Source: an uncultured archaeon (GTDB lineage Archaea; Nanobdellota; Nanobdellia; Pacearchaeales; GW2011-AR1). From it: DNA of 64,000 bases. The DNA is taken from the NCBI GenBank assembly GCA_902385655.1, contig CABMGO010000006.1, forward strand, positions 78,499 to 142,498, in the 5' to 3' direction. The position numbers and the translations under genes were made by a program. The notes under the pieces were generated by a model. The model was given only the letters and a program-made list of their open reading frames with translations, did no database searches and had not been told where the DNA came from. Each line of letters starts with the position of its first letter. Positions within the stretch are counted from its first letter, which is position 1. Shown piece after piece: positions 35,946-44,545 of the stretch.

Positions 35946-36308
35946 ATGGTATCAAAAAAAATAAAAAAATTATATGTAGACATTAACACAGAAGGAGAAG
36001 GTATGATTACTAAAATTTTTGGAAGATCGGATTCAGATGTAAACTATAACTCGGAAGACATAGAATTAATTAGAAAAATCCTTAGTAACGAAAAATCCAA
36101 AATACTTTATGCTCTCAAAAAGAAAAAACCCTCTTCAATTTACTCCCTTTCAAAACTCTTAAAACGAGATTTCAAGTCAGTTTATCAAGATCTCCAAGTT
36201 CTCGAGAGGTTTGGCTTAATCGAGTTCGAGGCAGAAAAGAATGGTGATCGAGAATCTTTACGTCCAGTTTTACTTGTAAACGAGATAAACTTAACAATTA
36301 GAATCTAA
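35946..36308 (+). CDS. winged-helix DNA-binding protein (putative transcriptional regulator)
   Basis: 120 aa with SKILYALKKKKPSSIYSLSKLLKRDFKSVYQDLQVLERFGLIEF, a wHTH pattern. Confidence 0.6.
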   Translation: MVSKKIKKLYVDINTEGEGMITKIFGRSDSDVNYNSEDIELIRKILSNEKSKILYALKKKKPSSIYSLSKLLKRDFKSVYQDLQVLERFGLIEFEAEKNGDRESLRPVLLVNEINLTIRI

Positions 36309-36853
36309 ACTTCAGAGCAGATTCTAAGCTTAACATCCAGCGTCCCATCCGTAACATCCACAAGTTCATCGGCACTTGTAACAATAGCTGAACTTTGATT
36401 ACATACTCCTCTACTCATCCTTAGTTTATTCTGGATATCTGTTTCATCTTCTCCGTTCACCCAATCGATTCTTAACTCATATGCTTTTATCGTTCCAGAA
36501 ACTTGAGGATTTATCAAAAGGTCAGGTAACATTTCGGCCAAAGTCTGGTTGAGATAAGAGCAAGCCATAAGGTTTAGGTTATTGCACTTTTGATTTTCAT
36601 AACAATCTTTTACAACATCCCGGACAGATTCTGAGTATGGCGGATTCACGCTACATTCGCTGGTATAACTCAAAACGCCAGCTAATGCATTACTTGCAGC
36701 ATCACTTTTTATCTCAGTTGGCGTTTGTTTAAGTGAAATTACAACAAATATCATAAGAGCAACAATAACTAAAACAACTATAATCACAAAACCTGCAATC
36801 TCTTGTTGGGCTTTATTGTCTAAAGATAAGATTCTCTTTTTTAAAAAACGCAT
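36305..36853 (-). CDS. type IV pilin-like (class III signal peptide) protein
   Basis: Start taken at MRFLKK (36853). NKAQQEIAGFVIIVVLVIVAL resembles a prepilin-peptidase site plus hydrophobic helix. The longer ORF-track start lies inside repeat 36887-36992. Confidence 0.5.
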   Translation of the reverse strand: MRFLKKRILSLDNKAQQEIAGFVIIVVLVIVALMIFVVISLKQTPTEIKSDAASNALAGVLSYTSECSVNPPYSESVRDVVKDCYENQKCNNLNLMACSYLNQTLAEMLPDLLINPQVSGTIKAYELRIDWVNGEDETDIQNKLRMSRGVCNQSSAIVTSADELVDVTDGTLDVKLRICSEV

Positions 36854-36886
36854 AAAAAAAGAATGTTTTGTAGAATTATAAACCTT

Positions 36887-36992
36887 CCTCATGCAGAGAG
36901 GCTCTGCAAGAGTCATCCCGAATTTTGGATTTTTTGTGCAGGTGAGGGAGAGGACACTTTGAAATGGTTGGTTTTTTATGCAGGAAAAGTGT
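36887..36992 (+). repeat. family 2 structured repeat, long form, copy 2
   Basis: Near-identical to 28281-28386. Confidence 0.9.
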
Positions 36993-37009
36993 AATCTCCT
37001 GTTCGAAAA

Positions 37010-37684
37010 TCACTTTTTTCGAACTTCTTCAGTCAAGGCAGCACCATGTGTAACTGAATTCAATTTGTCATAGAAATCCATAATCAATCCAGCTGGAACG
37101 CCTACAACAATTTCTAAGTCTCCATTAGCAAGCCATTCTTCCTCTTCTTTAAATTCAGAAACAACTCCATATGCTTTTCCAGTAAACTGGGCTGGCAAAG
37201 TAATCTTTATTCTTTTTACTTCAATCTTTATTGGAATAATCTTTTCAATTTGCCTTATTATTTCTGTAATCTGTTTATCAATAGGTTCATTTTTAACATT
37301 TACATTAGCTTCTTTCAAAGCAGTCATTATTCTGTCAGGAGTGTATGGTAATCCTTGCGGAGAAATTGCATTCTTCGCCAAGAAGTCAACAACTTGCTTG
37401 TATTTTCCTTCTTGCATTTTCTTGATATATTCTGCAGGCAAAACAACTTCTCCATTTTGTATAATCTTCAAAGCAATTTCATCAAAATTCTTAGTTCCAA
37501 AATCTAGTTCTAATTCCATTTCTGAAGCTTGCTCACCTGATTTTAAGTTGTGAAAAACTGCACTTGTCAAAACAGCAGAATTTAAACTTCCCTTTCCATT
37601 TTTAACTTTCAAAGCTTCTTCTAAGTCCACTAAGATCTCATATTTCTTTCCTTTTTTTGTAACTCTTGCTTGTGTTTGTGTCAT
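37010..37684 (-). CDS. SBDS-family ribosome maturation protein
   Basis: Start taken at MTQTQARVTKKGKKYEILVD (37684). FYSH-domain pattern, downstream of psmA as in the archaeal exosome/proteasome superoperon. Confidence 0.8.
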   Translation of the reverse strand: MTQTQARVTKKGKKYEILVDLEEALKVKNGKGSLNSAVLTSAVFHNLKSGEQASEMELELDFGTKNFDEIALKIIQNGEVVLPAEYIKKMQEGKYKQVVDFLAKNAISPQGLPYTPDRIMTALKEANVNVKNEPIDKQITEIIRQIEKIIPIKIEVKRIKITLPAQFTGKAYGVVSEFKEEEEWLANGDLEIVVGVPAGLIMDFYDKLNSVTHGAALTEEVRKK

Positions 37685-37763
37685 TTTGACAATCTCCGAA
37701 GGAGTTGGCAAGGTTGCAACTTTTACATAAAGCAAATGAATCGACTTGTTCAATGCCTTATGG

Positions 37764-37805
37764 CGCAACCGCTATCGGGCTTTTTCGGTCGAACTGAAAG
37801 TTCGA
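37764..37805 (-). promoter_or_regulatory. conserved leader motif, copy 2 (upstream of SBDS)
   Basis: Sense strand TCGAAC-TTTCA-GTTCGA-N10-CCGATAGCGGT-T-GCG, 80-121 nt upstream of the SBDS ATG. Matches 6561-6603. Confidence 0.5.
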
Positions 37806-37875
37806 AACTATTCGAAAAACACCCTATCCTCTCCTAAACTATGATTCTTGTATTTATTAAGATTGTTATATTAAA

Positions 37876-38571
37876 TTAGTAATCACTGCCTTTCTTTCTA
37901 ACAAGTTTCTTGTCAGACTTCATTATGCCGATATCAAGTCTGCTCTTCTCAAAATTTTCTGCTTCAACTTCTTTAAATATTTTTAATGCAAGCTTGATTC
38001 CATCCTCACAAGTCATATCGGATTTATATTCTTGCCTTAATCTGTCTTTCATCTTTTCATCATTTTCTCCAATAGCATTTGCCTTGTATTCCCAATAACT
38101 TCCGAAAACGTCTGTTGTAAAAAGTCTTGGAGAGCTATCAAAACCAGCAATCATTAAAGAAACGCCATAAGGTCTTGCTCCGCCATACTGAGTGAACTGT
38201 TGTTTAATATCTGCAACTTCTTTAGTAGTAGACTCAACTGTGATTTCAGAATCATAAGTAACTCTATGTTGTTGCGCAATAACTCTTGCCTTGTCAATCA
38301 AAACTCTAGCGTCTGAAACAATTCCTGCAGCAACGGTCATTATGTGCTCATCAATCTCTGCAATTTTGTTTGTAGAACTTTCAACAACTAATTTATCTTT
38401 TTGTCTTTTATCTGAAACTAAAATAACTCCATCTTTACAAACCATGCCAATACTTGCACTTCCAAGCCTAACTGTTTTGTCAGCATATTCTACTTGTAAA
38501 ATACGTCCCTCTGGAGAAAATGTTTGGGCCGCCCTGTCATATCCCATTGCTTGATGTTGCATGTCTTCCAT
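37876..38571 (-). CDS. psmA: proteasome alpha subunit
   Basis: YDRAAQTFSPEGRILQVEYA N-terminal signature. Confidence 0.92.
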   Translation of the reverse strand: MEDMQHQAMGYDRAAQTFSPEGRILQVEYADKTVRLGSASIGMVCKDGVILVSDKRQKDKLVVESSTNKIAEIDEHIMTVAAGIVSDARVLIDKARVIAQQHRVTYDSEITVESTTKEVADIKQQFTQYGGARPYGVSLMIAGFDSSPRLFTTDVFGSYWEYKANAIGENDEKMKDRLRQEYKSDMTCEDGIKLALKIFKEVEAENFEKSRLDIGIMKSDKKLVRKKGSDY

Positions 38572-38634
38572 TTTTCAATTATGTAGAAATTTTATTAAAA
38601 CTAAATAACCTCTAGAGTTTTTAAGTCTTTGGAA

Positions 38635-38931
38635 TTACAAATCTAGCCCCTTTATCGTTCCAGAAACCTTTTGGATCTTAATTCCTTTCCAAGCAAGTGA
38701 GGCTCGTACATTTTCTAAACTCTCTCGTTTACAACTTCCAATAATTTTCCCGTTCTGACCCGCAGGGCTGACACCCCTGTGTGCAACTTCCAAAAACATA
38801 AAATTTGATTTAGCAAAACCTAAAACTCCGATGTATTCTAAAATTGCCTTTTCAATTTTTTCTTTTTCTTGAGAATTACAAATAAAATATCTCCTATTAT
38901 CTCTTGCGCTTGGAAGAAGCTTTGCTTTCAT
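38635..38931 (-). CDS. RNase P protein component Pop5 (Rpp14-like)
   Basis: 98 aa with LPSARDNRRYF at the start, immediately upstream of psmA as is conserved in archaea. Confidence 0.65.
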   Translation of the reverse strand: MKAKLLPSARDNRRYFICNSQEKEKIEKAILEYIGVLGFAKSNFMFLEVAHRGVSPAGQNGKIIGSCKRESLENVRASLAWKGIKIQKVSGTIKGLDL

Positions 38932-38949
38932 TGAACGCTTTTCTCCATT

Positions 38950-41900
38950 TTATTTGCGTGAAATGAATGAAAATCTCCGCCGAGATTTGCTTTTTTTAGT
39001 GTCATCAATATTCTTGTCCTTTTGACTATAAAATACTTTTCTTTTTAGTATAACTCCCAGAATAACTAATAAAATTAATCCTCCCGCAATCCAATACTTT
39101 TCATAACTCTCTTTTCTGTATTTATTTTCTTCTATCGTCTTTTTCATTTCATCAGTTTTATTTTGACTAGATCCATTCTTTGTAGATTCATCCAGAATTA
39201 TTTTCTCGAATATTTTCTTGAAAGTCAAATTGGCAGTGTTCTTTGTAACATTTTCTAATTTTACTGAGAAGTCATAATACACATCAGAAGTCAGATTCAA
39301 TTTCTTTTCCTGTCCAACATAAATCAAAAAACCAAGTGATTCACTTCTAACTGTCAGATAAGCTGAGTTGTTAGTTATGTTATTTAATTGGATACTATGA
39401 TTTTGATTGTTTACTACAAAACTTCTTCCCTCTCCAATAAGGATTTTTACATTTAATCCTGCTTGCAATTGTTGTTCACTTATCGTCATAATCGTAGCTC
39501 CTCCTCCACCGCCACCTCCACCAGAAGAAGTTTGTTTAACGGGACAACTTCCGCAATCAATTGAACAAGAAGAACAAGTTTCAGACAAACTCGTATTACA
39601 AACTCCATCTCCGCAAAACTGTGCAATTTCTTTTATTCCAGAATTTCTTAAACCGGTTATTTTAAATTTCGTCCCGTTATCAGAGCACGTGTAGTTTTCA
39701 GTCGATCCAGGGCATAATAATCTTTTCTCAGAAGAACTGATATTGCAATAATTAGAAAAATTTCCGAGGCCAACATTCTCCGAGTCTATCAAACAAAACA
39801 ATCCGCTAGACAGAATTTTATCTAAATAAACGGTCTTTATCCAACTCTCATTCTCGCTAAGATTAAGTCCTCTAATTATCATATAAGCAAAAGAACTATC
39901 TAAATTTTCTTTAGTAATATTCAACCCACTCAAGGTATTGCTAGTATTACTTAAATTAAAATTTAATTCTATTACCAAGCTGTTATTAGATTCATTATCA
40001 AAAATTTCTGTTCTGTTTTCTTCAACACTTAGCGAAATATTTATGGGACGATTTAGTAAGTCTGAAGATAAATTCGTTTGGGCATAGCAGTTGTTTGTAT
40101 CATTGTACCAAATTTGAGAATCAGATTGAACTGCTGTCCAATTTGGAACACAAGAGTCGCATGAACTTTCATTAGTTGCATAGTATGTAGTATTTTGGGT
40201 AAATCCACAGTTATTAGAGTCATATTGAATTCTAGAAAGATTATAAAGAATAGTATTATTTGTCAAGCATAAAGAAATATTCCCTAAATTTTGCCAACTT
40301 GTATTTGTTAAATTATCTGTGCATAATGATCTTACTGCAGCATAAACATTTATTCTCGAAAAATTTTGACTATTATTTTGAGGATCAACAACATTTTTTC
40401 CCGTTGTCCATAAAATATTTTCAATTTCTTTTGGGGTTTTTGTCATACCTTTTAATTTAAGATATTGGTTAATTATTGCAATAGCTCCCGAAACATGAGG
40501 TGTTGCCATAGATGTTCCAGACAATTGGCCATATCCATTGTTACAAATTTCTCCAACAATGCATGGACCCGTAGTAGAATTTATGCTCGTGCCCGGGGCG
40601 AATAGTTTCACCATCCAGTTTCTATTTGAAAAAGAAGATATCTCTTCGGGAGTCTTTGTTGAACTTCCCACAGGAATGGCATTTTGTATACATGCTGGAG
40701 AAGAAATCGCAGTATAATTGTTTTCATTTCCCGCCGCAACCACTACTGAAATGTTTTTTGCAACTGCAGAATTTATAGCATTCGTCAACACAGGATCATC
40801 TCCATCACAATAAGTATTACTGTGATATGCTGTAGATCCTATGCTCATACTTATTACCGAAATATTTTCTTCTGAGCTTTTATTTATACACCATTCTATC
40901 CCTGCAGCAATATCTCCCGAATAACCATTTCCACTACTATCTAGTGCCTTAACAGAAATAATTTTACTGGCTGGAGCAACTCCTTTTATACTCCCATTAG
41001 CGGAGACAATTCCAGAAACATGAGTGCCATGGCCATTATCGTCAAAAGGGTTTGGGCCGTAATCAAACATATTCCATCCTCCAATTACTTTTGAGCAATT
41101 ATTCCAATCATATGTTGTATTTGTTGTTCCATTGATCACTTCATCAACATAAAATCCATAGTCCGATACTAGCTGGTCGCTTTTTAATCGAAGATAAATC
41201 ACACTTCCATTTACGCTTGGAGTCCAAAAGTCATTCATCAAACAAGAATAAGTTCCGATAATTTTTCCACTCCCGTCCAAAACATCTAGATAATCATATG
41301 TGCATTCCAAACTTAAATTTTTAAAATGTACTGCAATATGGGAGTAAGAAGATTTGTTTACCTTCCAAGTATAATCAAAATTATTTGTGTAGTTATGGGT
41401 AGATTCCAAAGTATAGTTTTCTGTAGTCCCGTTAAGAGATCTAATAACTGGATCGCATCCTCCAAAATCCGCATGGCTGTAATTTATTCCAGTATCAATA
41501 ACACAAACTGTCTGTCCCTCACCAGTCAAATTTAAACCACCAATTTGAGTTTGCCATATTTTTGTAGCATTTATCAATGGCACAGAATCTTGAAGTAATG
41601 CATGAACTGGTCTGTCTAAATAAATTGATTCAACATTCGCATCTTTTTCTAGGGAATTAATTTCATTCGAGTCTAATTTCGCAGCAAACCCATTAATCGA
41701 TGAAAATTTTTGTTTTACTTTTTTTGTATCAATCTGACCTATTGCCTCGCTTATTACTTTTTCTTTTGTTTTTGCATCAGATTCATTTTTCATTATAACA
41801 ATAACTCTGACAGACTTCTCAGTCTTTAGGGAATCAATTATTTCTTTGTCTACTTTGTCTTTTCCATCAGACATTTTTGCAAAACTCCCACTAGCAAAAA

Positions 41901-41955
41901 AAATTCCAATAAGAAATAATGTAACAAATAAACTTAAAACAAAAACTTTTTTCAT
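38950..41955 (-). CDS. secreted subtilisin-like serine protease (S8) with a CUB-like insert, Cys-rich C-terminal modules, a poly-Gly tract and a TM anchor
   Basis: Signal peptide, I9-like propeptide, catalytic VIDTGI (Asp154), HGTHVSG (His309) and SGTSMATPHVSG. Also CGDGVCN..CSSCSIDCGSCP, G8, then a TM helix and basic tail. Confidence 0.88.
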   Translation of the reverse strand: MKKVFVLSLFVTLFLIGIFFASGSFAKMSDGKDKVDKEIIDSLKTEKSVRVIVIMKNESDAKTKEKVISEAIGQIDTKKVKQKFSSINGFAAKLDSNEINSLEKDANVESIYLDRPVHALLQDSVPLINATKIWQTQIGGLNLTGEGQTVCVIDTGINYSHADFGGCDPVIRSLNGTTENYTLESTHNYTNNFDYTWKVNKSSYSHIAVHFKNLSLECTYDYLDVLDGSGKIIGTYSCLMNDFWTPSVNGSVIYLRLKSDQLVSDYGFYVDEVINGTTNTTYDWNNCSKVIGGWNMFDYGPNPFDDNGHGTHVSGIVSANGSIKGVAPASKIISVKALDSSGNGYSGDIAAGIEWCINKSSEENISVISMSIGSTAYHSNTYCDGDDPVLTNAINSAVAKNISVVVAAGNENNYTAISSPACIQNAIPVGSSTKTPEEISSFSNRNWMVKLFAPGTSINSTTGPCIVGEICNNGYGQLSGTSMATPHVSGAIAIINQYLKLKGMTKTPKEIENILWTTGKNVVDPQNNSQNFSRINVYAAVRSLCTDNLTNTSWQNLGNISLCLTNNTILYNLSRIQYDSNNCGFTQNTTYYATNESSCDSCVPNWTAVQSDSQIWYNDTNNCYAQTNLSSDLLNRPINISLSVEENRTEIFDNESNNSLVIELNFNLSNTSNTLSGLNITKENLDSSFAYMIIRGLNLSENESWIKTVYLDKILSSGLFCLIDSENVGLGNFSNYCNISSSEKRLLCPGSTENYTCSDNGTKFKITGLRNSGIKEIAQFCGDGVCNTSLSETCSSCSIDCGSCPVKQTSSGGGGGGGGATIMTISEQQLQAGLNVKILIGEGRSFVVNNQNHSIQLNNITNNSAYLTVRSESLGFLIYVGQEKKLNLTSDVYYDFSVKLENVTKNTANLTFKKIFEKIILDESTKNGSSQNKTDEMKKTIEENKYRKESYEKYWIAGGLILLVILGVILKRKVFYSQKDKNIDDTKKSKSRRRFSFISRK

Positions 41956-41956
41956 T

Positions 41957-42304
41957 TTATTGATTTAAAACAGCGGAGCATTTTTTATTTATACATTTGC
42001 AACTTCCCTGACCGCAATCAAGACTTCCAGGCACGCAATCTTGAGTACATAATAAATTGCAGACTCCTTTCGATTGAGAGTTAGCACACGTCGTAGGATG
42101 ACAACACTGTGCTGGAACGCAATCTTCATCCGAGACGCAATCAGCACTATTATTCATCTCAAAACTCTGGTTTGGAATTTTAGTTTTGTTTATTATCTCT
42201 TTGGAACTCGCGTTTTGATTTGAAAGTCTAAAATTAATACATGCAATACTTACTAAAATAATCAGCAATAAAATTCCTACAAGCCGTATCGCTCTTTTTT
42301 TCAT
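41957..42304 (-). CDS. small secreted cysteine-rich protein
   Basis: 115 aa with a signal/anchor helix, then a ~60-aa segment with many Cys (CVSDEDCVPAQCCHPTTC..CNLLCTQDCVPGSLDCGQGSCKCINKKC). Its stop lies 1 nt from the subtilase start. Confidence 0.7.
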   Translation of the reverse strand: MKKRAIRLVGILLLIILVSIACINFRLSNQNASSKEIINKTKIPNQSFEMNNSADCVSDEDCVPAQCCHPTTCANSQSKGVCNLLCTQDCVPGSLDCGQGSCKCINKKCSAVLNQ

Positions 42305-42361
42305 AGCATATATAGACGAGACAAGTTTTAAAAACTATTCGCTCCTTAAGAATATAGTAAC

Positions 42362-43702
42362 ATGATAAAAATTCATACTGTCGGAGGTTATTCTGAAGTT
42401 GGTAAAAACATGACTGTCGTAGAATTCGATGAGGATGCTTTCATCTTTGATGAGGGTTTTTTTCTTCCAGCGATAGTAGAACTTCAAGAAAAAGACAGGG
42501 ATGAATTCACATATTCTGAGTCAAAACTGAAACAAATTAAAGCAATTCCAGAAGACTCTTCAATCGAGAGCATTCGTCACAAAGTTTGCGCCCAGTTTGT
42601 AGGCCATGCCCATCTCGATCATGTTGGAGCAATTCCGTATTTATCTGACAAGTACAATGCAACAATTTATGGCACCCCCTATACTTTAGCAGTTTTAGAT
42701 TCTTTACTAAGGGACAGCGATTTAAATTTAAGGAATAACATAAAAACAATTCATCCAAATACTTCTTTTTATGTTCAAGGTAAAAAGAAAAAATATCTTG
42801 TAGAATTTGTGAATATCACTCATTCTACTCCTCAAACAAGTTTAATTGTTTTGCATACAGAAAAAGGAGCCATCATTTATGCGAATGATTTCAAACTAGA
42901 CGATAATCCTGTCCTAGGTGCACGACCGAACTATGAAAAGTTAAAACAGATTGCAAAACAAGGAGTTTATGCAATAATCGTAGATTCTCTTTACTCGGGC
43001 GCAGACAGAAAAACCCCTTCAGAAAAAATTGCAAGAAATCTTTTAGAAGAAGTTATGTTTAGTGTTGACAAGAAAGATTCTGGGATGATAATTACTACTT
43101 TCTCCTCTCACATTGCTCGTCTGAAAAGCATCGTAGAGTTTGGAGAGAGATTAAACAAGCAGCTTGTCTTTCTAGGGAGAAGTTTAAACAAATATTCTTT
43201 CGCTGCTAAAGATGTAGACATTGCTCCCTTCTTGAAGAATATTCATTTTGCAACCTATCGTAGACAAGTAGAGAAGGCATTGCAAAAAGTAGATCGAAGA
43301 AAACAAGATTATATCTTAGTTTGTACTGGACATCAAGGAGAGCCAGGAAGTATTTTAGAAAGAATTTCTCGAGGGAATTTACCTCTTAAATTAAATCACC
43401 AGTATAACATTCTTTTTTCTTCCAGCGTAATTCCTACGGAGGTTAATAAGAAAAATTTTGAAGAAATGGAAACAAAATTGAAAAAGAAAAATGCACGAAT
43501 TTTCAGAGACCTACATGTCTCGGGCCATGGTGGAAAAGAAGACTTGCGAGAACTCCTCCAAATTTTAAACCCCCAACATATTATTCCTTCACATGGAGGA
43601 TTTGATAAAACTGGTCCAATGAGAGATCTTGCAGTTTCTATGGGGTGGAAAGAAAATAAACAAGTTCATCTTATGTCTGACGGAGATGTGCTCGAACTAT
43701 GA
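42362..43702 (+). CDS. rnj: archaeal RNase J (beta-CASP metallo-beta-lactamase ribonuclease)
   Basis: GGYSEVGKNM, HAHLDHVGAIPYL, and beta-CASP motifs through to HVSGHG. Confidence 0.85.
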   Translation: MIKIHTVGGYSEVGKNMTVVEFDEDAFIFDEGFFLPAIVELQEKDRDEFTYSESKLKQIKAIPEDSSIESIRHKVCAQFVGHAHLDHVGAIPYLSDKYNATIYGTPYTLAVLDSLLRDSDLNLRNNIKTIHPNTSFYVQGKKKKYLVEFVNITHSTPQTSLIVLHTEKGAIIYANDFKLDDNPVLGARPNYEKLKQIAKQGVYAIIVDSLYSGADRKTPSEKIARNLLEEVMFSVDKKDSGMIITTFSSHIARLKSIVEFGERLNKQLVFLGRSLNKYSFAAKDVDIAPFLKNIHFATYRRQVEKALQKVDRRKQDYILVCTGHQGEPGSILERISRGNLPLKLNHQYNILFSSSVIPTEVNKKNFEEMETKLKKKNARIFRDLHVSGHGGKEDLRELLQILNPQHIIPSHGGFDKTGPMRDLAVSMGWKENKQVHLMSDGDVLEL

Positions 43703-44010
43703 GTGAGATTTCCGGAATAATTAAAAATGGGATGCAAAGAGGATGGCAGCCAAAAGAAATTTACCAAAGTCTTTTGAACTCTGGATATAATCCTCAAGAA
43801 ATTCAATCTGAAATAAATAAACTCTCGGCTGTTGCTCAACCAGTTCAGCAAGTTTCTTCTCAAGGTAATGGGCAAAAATTAGCTCCCTATCAGATTCCTG
43901 TACCGCAAGAAAAAAAATCTGCTGGAAAAGGATTAATCATTGCACTAGTTATTTTAGCTATTATTGTAGTACTTGGCGGGGCAAGTTTTATTTTGTTTGG
44001 GCCAAAATAA
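43699..44010 (+). CDS. hypothetical tail-anchored membrane protein
   Basis: 103-aa ORF with a soluble N-domain, a Gln-rich linker and a C-terminal TM helix. Confidence 0.55.
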   Translation: MSEISGIIKNGMQRGWQPKEIYQSLLNSGYNPQEIQSEINKLSAVAQPVQQVSSQGNGQKLAPYQIPVPQEKKSAGKGLIIALVILAIIVVLGGASFILFGPK

Positions 44011-44011
44011 C

Positions 44012-44542
44012 ATGTCAATCTATATTCCGGCCGAAGATTCCTTTTTATTCTCTGAATTTTTAAAAGAATATCTTTCAAAAAATAAAGTAAGTTCTTATTT
44101 AGATATGGGCACGGGCTCGGGAATTTTATCAGAAACTGTCTCAGAATTTTTGGACAAAAAAAATATTTTAGCAGTTGATATTGATGAGGAATCTTTTGAA
44201 TTCGTGAAGAATAAAGGATTCAAAGTCTTGCAGTCTAATTTATTTTCAAAAATTTCTAAAAATAAAAAATTTGATTTAATTACTCTCAATGCACCATATC
44301 TTCCCTTAGAAGAAGGAGAATCTAAAGACTCTCAAAGGATTACTACGGGTGGAAAAAAGGGAGATGAAATTTCTTTAAAATTTCTTAAGCAAGCAAAAAC
44401 TCATTTAAACAAAGATGGAAAAATATTTTTATTAATTTCTTCCCTAACTCCTATGAGTAAAATAAAAAAATATTCTCCTAAAGTAGTTGCAGAGAGAAGT
44501 TTATTCATGGAGAAACTTTTTATACTTGAATTCTCAAATTAG
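44012..44542 (+). CDS. HemK/Mtq2-like SAM-dependent methyltransferase
   Basis: Start taken at MSIYIPAEDS. LDMGTGSGIL (motif I) and LNAPYLP (an NPPY variant). Confidence 0.6.
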   Translation: MSIYIPAEDSFLFSEFLKEYLSKNKVSSYLDMGTGSGILSETVSEFLDKKNILAVDIDEESFEFVKNKGFKVLQSNLFSKISKNKKFDLITLNAPYLPLEEGESKDSQRITTGGKKGDEISLKFLKQAKTHLNKDGKIFLLISSLTPMSKIKKYSPKVVAERSLFMEKLFILEFSN

Positions 44543-44545
44543 TCT

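Noticed and set aside
37685-37768. A 28-aa N-terminal extension of the SBDS ORF (MRHKALNKSIHLLYVKV..).
   Set aside because: SBDS proteins begin close to the MTQTQARV..KKGKKYEI segment, and the extension runs into the conserved leader motif region.
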